Shown here one piece after another: positions 49,017 to 59,867 of a stretch of DNA of 64,000 nt. A program made the position numbers and the translations under genes. Each line of letters begins with the position of its first letter. Within the stretch, counting starts at the first letter, position 1. Source of the stretch: Treponemataceae bacterium. Its GTDB lineage: Bacteria > Spirochaetota > Spirochaetia > Treponematales > Rectinemataceae. A model generated the notes under the pieces. The model worked only from the letters and a program-made list of their open reading frames with translations, did not search any database and was not told the origin of the DNA. The DNA is taken from the NCBI GenBank assembly GCA_963678065.2, contig CAXXVZ010000002.1:32001-96000 (forward strand). The letters run 5' to 3'.

Positions 49017-49592
49017 TTGATCCGACTCTACGCCTTTTTGGGAAACTATGGCCGCGAACACCGCGGCAACAGACACAATGTCGCCTGGCAGTTCCTGGAA
49101 TCCCTGCCCCTCTTCGGCGAACTCCGCTGGGACCGCAAATTCAAGGGCAGGTACGCTGCGCGCGAAACCGCCGCGGGCAGAATCTATTTCCTCATGCCCG
49201 AGACCTACATGAATCTCTCCGGCGACTCGGCCGCGGAGCTGATGCGTTTTTTCCAGATAGGACCCGGGGAAATTCTCGCCTTGCACGACGAGCTCGAGCT
49301 GCCTTTCGGAACTTTCGGCTTCAAGCAGGGCGGAGGCCTCGGCGGTCACAACGGGCTGCGCTCCCTCGAAGCGAGGCTCGGCACGCGCGACTTCGCGCGA
49401 ATGCGCTTCGGTATCGGCCGACCCGACCACAGCGACATCGCGGCCTATGTACTCTCCGATTTCAGCCAGGCAGAGCGCGAAGCTCTCCAGTGTTCGATAT
49501 TCCCGAAGGCCGCCTCGGCCCTCTCCATCTGCATGGACTCTGGATTCGACGAGGCATTGAGGAATTTCCAGAAAGTGAAGGCCCTGGACTGA
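49017..49592 (+). CDS. pth: Peptidyl-tRNA hydrolase
   Basis: LGNYG...NRHNV, PETYMNLSG, HDELE, GGHNGLRS. TTG start with RBS. Confidence 0.93.
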   Translation: MIRLYAFLGNYGREHRGNRHNVAWQFLESLPLFGELRWDRKFKGRYAARETAAGRIYFLMPETYMNLSGDSAAELMRFFQIGPGEILALHDELELPFGTFGFKQGGGLGGHNGLRSLEARLGTRDFARMRFGIGRPDHSDIAAYVLSDFSQAEREALQCSIFPKAASALSICMDSGFDEALRNFQKVKALD

Positions 49593-49672
49593 ATCCCGGC
49601 CCCTACCGGCTCCAAGCCGCGGCTCCAGGCCGCGGAACCAGTCCGCGAACCCGGGCCGAGTCCCGCGCGGGC

Positions 49673-50548
49673 CTAGAAAATCAGCTTTCCGAGACGATTC
49701 TCATCCTTTTTCCAGTCGGGATCGACCCGGACCTGGAGCTTGAGCCGAACGGGAAAGTCAAAAATCTCGTCGAGGTCGACCTCGGCCTCTTCCCTGATGA
49801 TCCTGATCATGGAGCCACCCTTTCCGATCAGGATGCCCTTCTGCGAATCCCGCTCCACCACAAGGTCGTACTCCGCGTTCAGCGTGCCGCCGGGCGTCCG
49901 GGAGGAATCGCGGTAGTCGACGAAGACGGCGTGGGGGAGCTCCTCCCTCGTGTGCAGCATGATCTTCTCCCGGATGATCTCGGCGATGCGGAACACAGGC
50001 TCCTGGTCGGTGTAATATTCCTCGGGATACCAGGCGGGACCTTCCTCGGCGCGGGCATACAGCTCGGAGAGAAGCTCCTCCAGGCCCGTCTTCTGCAGCG
50101 CCGATATCGCGAAAATCTTCGCGCCGGGGAAGCGGGAAGACAGGTATTCGACGCTCGCGGCCGGGTCGGAAGAGGGTGAATCCGTTTTGTTGAGCACGGG
50201 GATCACCTTGACGCTCACGCGGGCGAGCGCTGCGACGAGGGCGTCCTCCTCGGGGCCGGGCCTCCGCGTCGTGTCGACCATGTAGATGACGAGGTCAGCG
50301 TCGGAAAATGCGTCGACCGCGACATCGCGCAGTTTCTGGTTCAGCCGCTTCTCGGAAATGTGGAATCCGGGCGTGTCGAGGAGGACGAGCTGGCCCTCCG
50401 GCCTGTTCACGATGCCGCGCACGGCGTTCCGCGTCGTCTGGGGCACGGGCGATACGATGGATACCTTGCCGCCGCACAGGGCGTTCACGAGGGTGGATTT
50501 GCCGGTCGAAGGCCGGCCCGCGATTGCTACGAATGCCGATTTGGCCAT
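49673..50548 (-). CDS. era: GTPase Era
   Basis: GRPSTGKST, PQTTR, DTPG, NKTD, EELPH, KH GILIGKGG. Confidence 0.95.
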   Translation of the reverse strand: MAKSAFVAIAGRPSTGKSTLVNALCGGKVSIVSPVPQTTRNAVRGIVNRPEGQLVLLDTPGFHISEKRLNQKLRDVAVDAFSDADLVIYMVDTTRRPGPEEDALVAALARVSVKVIPVLNKTDSPSSDPAASVEYLSSRFPGAKIFAISALQKTGLEELLSELYARAEEGPAWYPEEYYTDQEPVFRIAEIIREKIMLHTREELPHAVFVDYRDSSRTPGGTLNAEYDLVVERDSQKGILIGKGGSMIRIIREEAEVDLDEIFDFPVRLKLQVRVDPDWKKDENRLGKLIF

Positions 50549-50693
50549 AGTTGCTCCCGATAATGATGTGGAGAGAGTGCTCTCCTGATACATGTCTGCG
50601 GCGCGGAAGGCCTTTGGGCCCGCGACGCCGTCCTGCGCGATTGCCGGATCGAGGGAAACAGGAGGTTTTCGCCAATCCGGCATGCGGCGACCT

Positions 50694-52196
50694 TCAGCCT
50701 TCCCCGCGGTATACCTCGGGAGGAGTGAGGCCTGTCCAGATGCGGAACTGCTCGGCCGCCTGATAGCAGAGCATGGGATAGCCGTTGCAGACCCGGCACC
50801 CCGCCTTTTCCGCCCGCGTGAGCAGTTCGGTGCGCTCAGGCCTGTACACGAGATCGAAAACAGCCTCATGGCCCTGGAATTCGTACCAATCCAGCGGGTC
50901 TCCCGGAGTTCCGCCCGTCATGCCGACGCTCGTAGCCTGCACGATGAGGTCCGCATGGTCGGCGACGAGGTCGAGGGAGCGGTCGTCGCAGGGGCCCCAC
51001 CGGAAGCCATAGCGGTTCGCGAGGGATTTTGCCTTGGAAACACTCCGGTTGAGTATGACGCAAGAAGCTCTGTTCCGGGAAAGAACCAGGGCGACAGACT
51101 TTGCGGCGCCTCCTGCGCCGACAAGGGTGACGCGCATGCCATCGAGACTGTCCCGTCCGAGAAATTCGAGGAGGCTCCGTTCAAAGCCCGACGCGTCAGT
51201 GTTGAATCCCTCCCAGCCTGAGTCCGTCTTCAGGATCGTGTTGCAGGCCCCGATGTCGTCGACCTCGGAGGAGGTGCGGCAGAGGTAGGGTATGATGGCT
51301 TCCTTGAGGGGTACCGTGACCGCCGCTCCCCGCGCGCCGGCGGACTCTATCGCGTCGAAGAATCCCTTGGCGCTGTCCGAGGGGAAGGGAACGTAGACCG
51401 CGTCGATGCCGGCTTCCCTGAAGGCCTGGTTGTGGAGGGCGGGAGACTTGGAGCCGATTACGCTCCGGCCTCCGCCGAGGGCGTAGACTGTGGAATCCTT
51501 CGTCGTCTCGCGGCCCCGGTAGGTATCGGCGAACTTGTCCGGGTCGATGTGTCCCGGCGCGGCCGTGGGCATGCCGAAGGACAGGGCGCTCGAGTAGGAA
51601 AGCATGGATCCGAGCCGGGAGGAAAGTATCCGGGTGGGATAGCCGTAATCTCCCATGCCGACGACGATTCTGTCCCGCGGCGGAAGAGTCTTTGCCCAGG
51701 AGACCAGGCTTGCAAGATCTTCGGACCCCTGGGGAGTGACCGCCAGCTTCGGGATGACTCCCGGCTCGGAGGAGAGACCAGACCAGACCGCGTCGAGAGA
51801 GTCCGGCATGCCTTTGGGATAATATCTCGATCGGATGATGCGCGTCCCGAACACGCGACAGGCATCTTCGATGGAGGGAACGCGGAAATCATCCTCGAGG
51901 TCGACATAGGCAAAATTAGCCCGGTTGTCGGAGCGGGCGTAGGACAGGGCCTTGGCGATGATCACGAGCCTGACGCCCTCTCCCTCGTCGAAAATCCCGC
52001 AATCGACCCTGCGCCTGACGGTGAGGATAGCGGGCAGGCCTGCGAGGGCGGGGAAAGACCGCACGAGGAACTGCTCCTCGGGCTCGAGCCAGTCGACCCG
52101 GAGTTCGACGAGATCGACCTTGTTCCGGTAGCGTTCGAGCGCGGCAAGATTTTCCGCTATGGTTTTACCTGTTAGGCTGAGACAGACGGCCGCCAC
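50694..52196 (-). CDS. aroDE: Bifunctional type I 3-dehydroquinate dehydratase / shikimate dehydrogenase
   Basis: ELRVD, ILTVRR, APGHID, then SKSPALHN, VTVPLKE, GACNT, NTD, GAGGAA. Confidence 0.88.
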   Translation of the reverse strand: MAAVCLSLTGKTIAENLAALERYRNKVDLVELRVDWLEPEEQFLVRSFPALAGLPAILTVRRRVDCGIFDEGEGVRLVIIAKALSYARSDNRANFAYVDLEDDFRVPSIEDACRVFGTRIIRSRYYPKGMPDSLDAVWSGLSSEPGVIPKLAVTPQGSEDLASLVSWAKTLPPRDRIVVGMGDYGYPTRILSSRLGSMLSYSSALSFGMPTAAPGHIDPDKFADTYRGRETTKDSTVYALGGGRSVIGSKSPALHNQAFREAGIDAVYVPFPSDSAKGFFDAIESAGARGAAVTVPLKEAIIPYLCRTSSEVDDIGACNTILKTDSGWEGFNTDASGFERSLLEFLGRDSLDGMRVTLVGAGGAAKSVALVLSRNRASCVILNRSVSKAKSLANRYGFRWGPCDDRSLDLVADHADLIVQATSVGMTGGTPGDPLDWYEFQGHEAVFDLVYRPERTELLTRAEKAGCRVCNGYPMLCYQAAEQFRIWTGLTPPEVYRGEG

Positions 52197-52403
52197 CTTT
52201 TTTCCTCCCCGGCCGGTCTCGCCAGGGGCGATCCGGACAGCATCAGTCTGCGCGCGGAAATGCTGCCAGGCGGCTCTTCCGTACACAGGCTAAATCTACC
52301 GGAAGGAGGCCACCTTGTCCATGAGATACCGAAATGGCTTGCGGATATGTCGTCTTTACGGCACAATGTAGCACTACGTTTCTGTATTCCCAAGGAGATC
52401 CAC

Positions 52404-53327
52404 GTGCCAAGCGATCCGTCATCAATGCGGTTTCCAGCGGACGCCCTCGACGCATTTCTGGAAGGCCTCCTCACGGAGCTGAAAAGCCCGGCGGACCCCG
52501 AGACGCTCGGGCAGATCCGCGCGGCCTTCCGCCGGAGAATTCCCTTCCACATGCGTTCCTACGCAGCTGCCGTACTCATCATGAGGGCAGCCGGGCTTTC
52601 GCGCGGCGTCTCCGCGCGCGCCCAGCAGGAAGGCGTTCCCGCGCCGGCATCCGCCAAAGTCGAAGAACCGAGAATCAGGACTCAGCGGAAACCCGTACTG
52701 ACGGGTGATCCTTCCACCCGCCCCGCAGGAAAGGCTTCCCAGTCAGCTGCCGGCCGTCCGGGCGCATCCGATTTCGAGAGCGGGAGTCCGCGATTCCAGG
52801 GATCGCAGTCCCCCTTTGCGAAGAAAACCCCGAAGGAAACCCCGGCCAGATCCCGGCAGGCAAAGCCCGAGCAGGAGAAGCCCCGGAGTCCGAAACCCGA
52901 AAGTCCTCGCGCCGAGGCGCAGGAAACCCAGACCGCACAGTCTTCCAAGCCCCGTCAGGCTTCCTACGCGCTCTCCGTTCCCTCCACGCCTCTCTTCGTA
53001 TCGATGGGAAGAAGGCAGAGGCTGCGCGCCGCGGAAGTCAGGGATCTCTTCATGGAGAAGGCCGGACTCGGCGTCGACGAGGTCGGACAGGTGAGACTTT
53101 TCGACAACTACTGCTTCATCGACATCGCGTCGGAGAAGGCTCAGGCCGCAACCGAGGCCGTGAATGGCGCCGAACTCCGGGGTCGTCCCATATCTGTCGG
53201 GCCGGCCAAACCCCGCGGCGAGATGCCCCGGGAAGCCTCGGGGACGCAGGAGCTTCCCTCGGAAGAAGGCGACTCCCAGGCCGGAGAGGCCGAAGTCCGG
53301 TCGCCGGAAGGCGGGCAGGAGCCCTGA
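52404..53327 (+). CDS. DbpA RNA-binding-domain protein (stand-alone)
   Basis: IPFHMRSYAAA N-terminus, disordered linker, LFVSMGRR...VGQVRLFDNYCF. Confidence 0.75.
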   Translation: MPSDPSSMRFPADALDAFLEGLLTELKSPADPETLGQIRAAFRRRIPFHMRSYAAAVLIMRAAGLSRGVSARAQQEGVPAPASAKVEEPRIRTQRKPVLTGDPSTRPAGKASQSAAGRPGASDFESGSPRFQGSQSPFAKKTPKETPARSRQAKPEQEKPRSPKPESPRAEAQETQTAQSSKPRQASYALSVPSTPLFVSMGRRQRLRAAEVRDLFMEKAGLGVDEVGQVRLFDNYCFIDIASEKAQAATEAVNGAELRGRPISVGPAKPRGEMPREASGTQELPSEEGDSQAGEAEVRSPEGGQEP

Positions 53328-53329
53328 GC

Positions 53330-53995
53330 ATGTCCGTCAAGGTCGAGAGACTCAAGGTCGGTTTCATAGACGAGAACAGCTATGTCCTCGTCTATGAGAG
53401 AGCCTGCGTTCTCGTCGATCCGGGCGACGAAGCCGAAAAAATCGTCGCATGGCTGGACGCTCTCGGCCACCTCCCCTCGCTCATTGTCGCCACACACGGA
53501 CACCTGGATCACACGGGCGCCATTCCTGGAGTCCGTGAGGCTTTCCTGAATCGGAACTCCCCGCCGATACCTCTCGCGGTTCACTCCGGAGACGCGTCGT
53601 ATTTCGGGGCCGCAGGCGAAAGGACCAACCGGGAACTGTTCCGGGCCATACGGGCCACAGGGTACTTCTCCCATTTCTGGCATCCGCTTCCCGAGCCCGA
53701 TCTTCTCCTCGCGGAAGGCGACGGGATTCCGGGCACGGGGCTGCGGGTCATCTACAGTCCCGGACACAGCCGGGGCTCCATCTGCCTCCACGACGCGGCC
53801 GAGGGCATCCTGATTTCCGGCGACACCCTGTTTCGCGATGGAGTCGGAAGGACGGACGCGCCAGACTCCGATCCCGCCGCCCTCGAATCCAGCCTGGGAA
53901 GACTCATGAGTCTTCCACCCCAAACCCGGGTCTATCCCGGACACGGAGAGGAGACGACGATCGGCAGGGAAGCCCGTCACTTTTCCACCCGTTGA
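53330..53995 (+). CDS. MBL-fold hydrolase (glyoxalase II/YcbL-like)
   Basis: DPG, THGHLDHTG, PGHSRG, SGDTLF, GRTD, YPGHG. Confidence 0.9.
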   Translation: MSVKVERLKVGFIDENSYVLVYERACVLVDPGDEAEKIVAWLDALGHLPSLIVATHGHLDHTGAIPGVREAFLNRNSPPIPLAVHSGDASYFGAAGERTNRELFRAIRATGYFSHFWHPLPEPDLLLAEGDGIPGTGLRVIYSPGHSRGSICLHDAAEGILISGDTLFRDGVGRTDAPDSDPAALESSLGRLMSLPPQTRVYPGHGEETTIGREARHFSTR

Positions 53996-54030
53996 AGAAA
54001 ACGCCACGTTTCAGGCATAGTGGCTCCATC

Positions 54031-55071
54031 ATGTCGATGCCAACCGCAAAACTGCTCCTTATACTCACATCAGCCGCCTTCCTGGCCGCCTGCGCCCCAC
54101 GCCTCCCCGCCGAAGACACGAGGACCGAATTCGTTCTCGGCACGACCTGCACGATCAAACTCGTCCAGGGGGGCGACGAAAAGACCCTCGATGACGTGTT
54201 CGCCCGCCTCCGCGCCATAGACGACAGGATGAGCGCGAACAAGGACGGCACCGAAATCGCGGCCGTCAACAAGGCGGCCGGTCGCACTGGCGCTGCCGGC
54301 GCGGTCAAGGTTTCCGACGATACCTTCTACGTCATATCGAAGGCCCTCGAATACGCGAAGCTGACGGGCGGAGCCTTCGATCCCTCGGTCGGCCCGCTCG
54401 TGAAGCTCTGGAACATCGGGAGCGAAGGCGCCTCGGTTCCTCCCGCAAAGAGCATAGCCGCCGCCCTCAAACTCATAGACTGGAAAAAGGTGAGCCTCGA
54501 CGCCGAGGCCAAGACTGTGCGGCTGGCCTCCCCGGGTATGCGGCTCGACCTGGGCGCCATCGCGAAGGGCTACGCGGCCGACGAGTGCGACCGCATACTG
54601 CACGCCCACAAGGTCAAGGCTGCCATCGTCGATCTGGGGGGCAATGTTCTCGTCTTCGGAAAGAAAAAAGACGGCAATCCCTGGAAGATCGGCGTACAGA
54701 ATCCCGACAAGGAACGGAACAGCTACATCGGCCTCGTGACCGGCTTCGACATCACCGTCGTCACCTCGGGAATCTACGAGCGCTTTTTCATTCAGGACGG
54801 GAAGCGGTACCACCACATCCTCGACACGAAGACGGGCTTCCCCGTGGATAACGGACTCAAATCGGTGACAATCATGACAAACTCCAGCATAGACGCCGAC
54901 GGCCTCTCGACCTCGGTCTTCGCGCTGGGCAAGGACAGGGGACTCGAACTCGTCAAATCCATGAAGGGCGCCGAGGCTGTCATCATCGACAGCGCCGACC
55001 GCGTCTGGCTGAGCCCCGGAGCGAGCAAACTGTTCAAGCTCACCGACAAGACCTACACCCTGGCCGAGTGA
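54031..55071 (+). CDS. apbE: FAD:protein FMN transferase (lipoprotein)
   Basis: Lipobox LAAC, FDPSVGPL, DLGAIAKGY, DLGGN, TSGIYER, YHHILD, ADGLST. Confidence 0.95.
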   Translation: MSMPTAKLLLILTSAAFLAACAPRLPAEDTRTEFVLGTTCTIKLVQGGDEKTLDDVFARLRAIDDRMSANKDGTEIAAVNKAAGRTGAAGAVKVSDDTFYVISKALEYAKLTGGAFDPSVGPLVKLWNIGSEGASVPPAKSIAAALKLIDWKKVSLDAEAKTVRLASPGMRLDLGAIAKGYAADECDRILHAHKVKAAIVDLGGNVLVFGKKKDGNPWKIGVQNPDKERNSYIGLVTGFDITVVTSGIYERFFIQDGKRYHHILDTKTGFPVDNGLKSVTIMTNSSIDADGLSTSVFALGKDRGLELVKSMKGAEAVIIDSADRVWLSPGASKLFKLTDKTYTLAE

Positions 55072-55160
55072 TGCGCAGAAAGCGAGACGCAAGGAGGAGA
55101 GCCATCTCGGGCCCGTTTCAGCGCTAATAGCGGCGGCTCGGGCTGATGCCGATCCCCGCT

Positions 55161-56045
55161 TCAGTCTTCCCGATCAGCGAGTTTCAGCTTGAGGAAGAGC
55201 CAGGGAGCCCCGAGGGTCACCCATATTCCCACTATCCCGTACCGGAGGAAACGGATGAGGCCGGCCTGGGAAGGGAACGCGTCGCCGATGAGGTACTTGG
55301 GGCCGAGATAGAGAACCAGGGTCGTCGCGATGCCCACACAGTAGCGCAGAATTTTCGTCCCGATCCTGCCTCCCGCCGAGAAGCCCATATCCTCCGAGGT
55401 GATCACGAAGCCGACTCCGGAGCCGAAGAATGCCCCCGCGATCATGGTGTCGCTCGTCATGAGGTAATTCATGCCGAGCGCGATCGCCGCGAGGATTATG
55501 ATCTTGAAACGGCGCTCGAGGGATTTGAAGAGGGCTCCGGCCCGCTCCCCCAGGAAATGGAACAGAGCTACGCAGACGAGGGCGAGACCCCATCCGGCGA
55601 ACACATCGGTGGGGAAATGGACACCGAGATAAATCCGGGAAAAACCGACGAGAAGGGGGAGGGCGACCGCCGCGACGGTGAAGAGGGCTCTCGGGAAAAG
55701 TACGGCTATCATTCCCCAGAACACTCCCGAACCCTGCGCGTGGCCCGAAGGAAGGCCGTACGATTCCGCCGTATCGAGCATGACGGAGTTGTCCATCTGG
55801 TAGGGGCGGGGCTGCATGATGAGTTCTTTGAGCCAGAGATTCAGGAAGGACGACAGGAGGACGACAATTCCAAGACGCACTCCCTTCCTGCGGTTTACGC
55901 ACCAATAGACGAGGGGCAGGAAGGCCAAGTAGAACTCAAGAGAGCCGACGAAGGACAGGGCCTTCATGGCCACCGTGAACCCCGGCGATGCCACAGCCTG
56001 CACCGACTTCACGACCCCGAGACCCCAAGCCAGAGTATCCGACAT
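55161..56045 (-). CDS. PAP2-family phosphatase
   Basis: KELIMQPRP, PSGHA, SRIYLGVHFPTDV. Confidence 0.9.
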   Translation of the reverse strand: MSDTLAWGLGVVKSVQAVASPGFTVAMKALSFVGSLEFYLAFLPLVYWCVNRRKGVRLGIVVLLSSFLNLWLKELIMQPRPYQMDNSVMLDTAESYGLPSGHAQGSGVFWGMIAVLFPRALFTVAAVALPLLVGFSRIYLGVHFPTDVFAGWGLALVCVALFHFLGERAGALFKSLERRFKIIILAAIALGMNYLMTSDTMIAGAFFGSGVGFVITSEDMGFSAGGRIGTKILRYCVGIATTLVLYLGPKYLIGDAFPSQAGLIRFLRYGIVGIWVTLGAPWLFLKLKLADRED

Positions 56046-56211
56046 CGTACTTTCCTCCCCGAATCGTGATAGAGCATAGTATTCCGCCGGGAGGCCGGAA
56101 TCAACACGCCTCGCAGCGAGCCGCGGAGTGTGAAACCCGCATCCGGATGAACACGCCGCGCGGCCGCCCTTGACTGTCATCGGGCTCCATAGTACAAACA
56201 AGGACATCCGC

Positions 56212-56294
56212 GCCGGCATGGTGAAATGGCATACACGGCAGACTCAAAATCTGCTGCCTGCGAGGGCGTGTGGGTTCAAGTCCCACTGCCGGCA
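56212..56294 (+). tRNA. tRNA-Leu (anticodon CAA), CCA not encoded
   Basis: Acceptor gccggca/tgccggc, anticodon arm gcaga-ctCAAaa-tctgc, long variable arm, GGTTCAAGTCC T-loop. Upstream TTGACT-N17-TACAAA. Confidence 0.95.
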
Positions 56295-56309
56295 TGAACC
56301 TCCCCCACA

Positions 56310-57257
56310 ATGATGAAAAACCTGCTGTTCGCGATCGGAACTGTCCTTCCCGTCTTCCTCATGGTGGCCACCGGCTATCTCATACGGAAGAGGGGTTTCC
56401 TCACGAAGGAATTCTGCGAGGTTTCCGCCCGCTTCAATTTCCGCTACTGTTTCCCGGCCCTCGTCTTCGACTCGCTGTACACTTCGGACATCGCCCGCCT
56501 GTTCACGGGGAAGCTTGCGGCGCTGGCGCTGGCTGCGGTCTTCCTCACTCTGGCCATTTCCTGGATCGCGGGAAGCCTTGCCATACGGGATCGCCCCACG
56601 CGCGGCTCCTTCATCCAGGGAGCCTTCCGCGGCAACATCGTCCTCATGGCCATGCCGATGGTCGTCCAGGTATTCGGGGAGGCATCGCGGGCGCAGACTG
56701 CCATCCTCATGGCCATCATCGTCCCGACTTACAACGTGGTCTCGGTCATCATCCTCACCCTGAACGCGCGGGGTGGCAAACGGCTTTCCGTTTCCGAACT
56801 CGCAAAAGGCATCATCACCAACCCCATGATCATCGGGGTGCTCGCCGCACTGCCATTCGCTCTCACGGGGACGGGGCTTCCGCGCCCGGCGTCGGTTTTC
56901 ATCAAATACTTCTCCGGGATGACCGTCCCCCTCGCCCTTCTCGACATCGGCGCGAACATGTACGGAAGATCGAGGCCGAAGCACATAGGCCCTGTCCTCG
57001 GCGCCGCGACGATCAAGACCCTCATCGGCCCCATAGTCTACGGCGGACTCTTCGCGCTCGGCGGGATGGAGGGCCATCTCGTCGCCCTCATGACACTCCT
57101 CGGCGCCGCCCCCACGGCCATGGCGAGCTTCACCATGGCCAAAGTCATGGGCTGCGACGCCGACCTCGCGGGCGACATAGTGCTCGTGAGCACCCTCATG
57201 TCCGCCCTCACCATAGCCGGATCCATCGTCTTCCTGAGGTCGACCGGACTCGCCTGA
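56310..57257 (+). CDS. AEC (auxin efflux carrier) family transporter
   Basis: FPALVF, AFRGN, TNPMII, PLALLDIG, APTA, about 10 TM segments. Confidence 0.88.
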   Translation: MMKNLLFAIGTVLPVFLMVATGYLIRKRGFLTKEFCEVSARFNFRYCFPALVFDSLYTSDIARLFTGKLAALALAAVFLTLAISWIAGSLAIRDRPTRGSFIQGAFRGNIVLMAMPMVVQVFGEASRAQTAILMAIIVPTYNVVSVIILTLNARGGKRLSVSELAKGIITNPMIIGVLAALPFALTGTGLPRPASVFIKYFSGMTVPLALLDIGANMYGRSRPKHIGPVLGAATIKTLIGPIVYGGLFALGGMEGHLVALMTLLGAAPTAMASFTMAKVMGCDADLAGDIVLVSTLMSALTIAGSIVFLRSTGLA

Positions 57258-57345
57258 TTGCCAGCCCGGCGGTCATCGCCCGCGCACCTTCGGCCTGCCC
57301 CCTGCCGGCCACCGACAGTTCCGGCGGCCGGACAAGGCTCGCCCC

Positions 57346-58230
57346 CTAGCGCCCGGAATCGCGCTCCATCCGCTCGTAGACTTCGTCGAGACTTCCCGAG
57401 AAGGGGCCCGGCTTCTCCATCTTGATCGAGCACAGGGCCGCCGCGAAGCGCACCGAGTCCGAAGGATCGTGCGTTATCCTCCGCGCGAGATAGGACGAGA
57501 AGGTCGTGTCGCCCCGGCCCGTCCTTCCCGAGAGGTTCGAGGGCGTGAAGGGAGCCCGGTAGACCTGTCCTTCGACGAGGACGATCGCTTCGCTGTTGTG
57601 GGTGACCATGACTTCCTTCGCTCCCCAGGATGCGAGGGCGCGGGCGGCCTCCTCGCGGTCCGAAAGTCCTGTCAGAATTTCCGCTTCGGCCGCGTCGGTC
57701 TTGAAAAACGAGACGAAAGGCAGGTAACGCCTCTTCTCCGCCCAGTCGATGAATTTCATGGTTTTGTCGGGCATGGCATTGCGCAGGAGTCCCTGGGCAT
57801 CCACGGCGATCTTCGCCCTTCCCGCCAGCTCCTCTATGAGACTGTCCGGCAATTCGCCCACGAAAAGCCCGGCCATGTCGATCACGGTCGCCCTCGCGTC
57901 GCGCGGGATGTCCGCGGCCCTGAAGGGAGTGGCCCTCGAGAGCAGGGTCGTATCCCGCCTCTCGTGATCCGGAGTCCGGAAGACATTGAGGATCGAGGTG
58001 GTCTCGGGGCTCTCGCCTACGATGAGCTCGACCCCGGCCTCGCGGATGAAGCCGACGGAAGCGGCGTCTCCGGGCGCGGTTTTCGTTATGGCGAGGACGC
58101 GGGCGCCCGCCTTGGCCGCCGAGACGGCCGAGTGGACGATGGCGCCGCCGAGAAGCCGGCTCTCGACTCCCAGATGGTCCACAAGGATGTCCTTGGATAC
58201 ATGTCCGAGCATGATGATGTCATAGAACAT
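57346..58230 (-). CDS. PfkB-family carbohydrate kinase
   Basis: GHVSKD, LGGA, VDAQG, GRTGRGDTTF. Confidence 0.83.
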   Translation of the reverse strand: MFYDIIMLGHVSKDILVDHLGVESRLLGGAIVHSAVSAAKAGARVLAITKTAPGDAASVGFIREAGVELIVGESPETTSILNVFRTPDHERRDTTLLSRATPFRAADIPRDARATVIDMAGLFVGELPDSLIEELAGRAKIAVDAQGLLRNAMPDKTMKFIDWAEKRRYLPFVSFFKTDAAEAEILTGLSDREEAARALASWGAKEVMVTHNSEAIVLVEGQVYRAPFTPSNLSGRTGRGDTTFSSYLARRITHDPSDSVRFAAALCSIKMEKPGPFSGSLDEVYERMERDSGR

Positions 58231-59035
58231 TGCACTTCTCCTTCCCGGAACTCTCGATCAGCGCGGCGAGGAGGTCGGGGTGGTTGGTCGTTATCGAATG
58301 CGGCCCGTACGCGAGGACCGTCCGCATGTCCTCCTCCCTGTCCACGGTCCAGAGCATGACGGGCAACCCCCGATTCCGCGCGTATTCGACGAAAGCTGCC
58401 GAGCCCCGGGTCCATTCGAGGTTGATTCCGCTGCAACCATGCTCTGATGCCAGCGAACAGACGCGATCCATATCCCCGGACCTCGCTCTTCCGGCCGGCA
58501 CGAGGGCGTCCGCGTTGAAGAGGTACCTGAAATCCGGAAGCCTTTCGTGCGCGATCGCGATTTCCCCGATCTCCAACCCCGAAAAGATGACTTCGGATTC
58601 CATGCCCCGGGCGCGAAGAAGGAGGGCGGCCACGAGCAGGGCGGAAGGTTCTTTGGCGTCGAGATTGAGGACAGTCCTCCTGCCCGGGCGCATTGTCCGG
58701 TCCAGCTCCCCGGTCAGGTCGAAGAGCATCTCCAGCCGCATGACGCCTTCCTCCCCACCGGGGGCGGAGGCCGCGCGTATCTCCTCCCACGCCAGGTCCT
58801 CCACTCTGACCCGACCGCCGCCGGGCAGAGGAATGGTGTCGTCGTGAGTCAGGACGACGATGCCGTCCTTTGTCGCGCGGATGTCGACCTCGACGATGTC
58901 GGCGCGCGAGGCGAAGGCGGCCACGATCGACGCCCGGCTGTTGGCCACCGTGCCCATGCAGCCCGCGTGCGCGGTCACGAGCGGCGGCGCCGTCAAAGGA
59001 GGGGCAGACAAGGGAGCTGCGTTGAGCGACATCAT
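58220..59035 (-). CDS. Glycerophosphodiester phosphodiesterase
   Basis: TAHAG, EVDIRATKDG..VLTHD, WTVD, ITTNHP. Confidence 0.85.
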   Translation of the reverse strand: MMSLNAAPLSAPPLTAPPLVTAHAGCMGTVANSRASIVAAFASRADIVEVDIRATKDGIVVLTHDDTIPLPGGGRVRVEDLAWEEIRAASAPGGEEGVMRLEMLFDLTGELDRTMRPGRRTVLNLDAKEPSALLVAALLLRARGMESEVIFSGLEIGEIAIAHERLPDFRYLFNADALVPAGRARSGDMDRVCSLASEHGCSGINLEWTRGSAAFVEYARNRGLPVMLWTVDREEDMRTVLAYGPHSITTNHPDLLAALIESSGKEKCNVL

Positions 59036-59865
59036 TTGAGCCCCAGCGAGTAGGCGCTCGTCATCTGGCGGTAGACCACCTTGGAGAACACGATGATGGG
59101 GACGGTCGCGAGCATGCCGATGCCCATGAGCTGCCCCCAGAGGGTTTCGTATTCGCCGATATAGTTCGCGATTTTCAGAGGCAGGGTCAGGAGTTCGGGG
59201 CTGCGGGTGAACAGCATGGTGAAGAGAAACTCGTCCCAGGCGACGATGATGCAGAATATCGCCGTCGCGGCGAGGCCTGTCCGCACGAGGGGCAGGACGA
59301 CGAGCCTCAGGGTCTGCAGCCGCGAAGCCCCGTCGATCTCGGCCGCTTCCTCGAACTCCATCGGAAGTGATTTGACGAAACCGAAGAGCATCCAGATGCA
59401 GTAGGGCAAGGTGTAGACCTGGAAGACGAGAATGAGGCCCCAGAGGTTGTTGAGCAGCTTCATCTTCGCGAACATGTCGTAGAGAGGAACGGCCAGGACC
59501 ACCGGAGGCAGCATCTTCGCGAGGATGATCCAGACGAGGAAGATGTTGTTGAGTCTCGCGGGGAATTTGTGTCGCACGAGCGCGTAGGAGGCGAGAAATC
59601 CGAGGGCGAGCGAGAGGAGGGTCGACGAGGCGGTGACGAACACGGAGTTCCACAGATTGCCGAGCGAGCCGCCTTTCAGGATCTGCGCGTAGTTTTCCAG
59701 CGTAATCCTGTGCGGGAATAGGGTCGGAACCGGAAGGATGTTTTCGACCGGCGTCTTGAACGAGGTGATCACGATCCAGTAGATCGGGAAAAGGGCGAGG
59801 AAGAGTATAAGGGCGAGGAGGAACGGGAAGAGCACGGAGCGCTTGGTCGTGACGAACGATGCCAT
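59032..59865 (-). CDS. Carbohydrate ABC transporter permease (MalG-like)
   Basis: FPIYWIVITSFK, EEAAEIDGAS, WDEFLF. Confidence 0.92.
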   Translation of the reverse strand: MASFVTTKRSVLFPFLLALILFLALFPIYWIVITSFKTPVENILPVPTLFPHRITLENYAQILKGGSLGNLWNSVFVTASSTLLSLALGFLASYALVRHKFPARLNNIFLVWIILAKMLPPVVLAVPLYDMFAKMKLLNNLWGLILVFQVYTLPYCIWMLFGFVKSLPMEFEEAAEIDGASRLQTLRLVVLPLVRTGLAATAIFCIIVAWDEFLFTMLFTRSPELLTLPLKIANYIGEYETLWGQLMGIGMLATVPIIVFSKVVYRQMTSAYSLGLK

Positions 59866-59867
59866 CT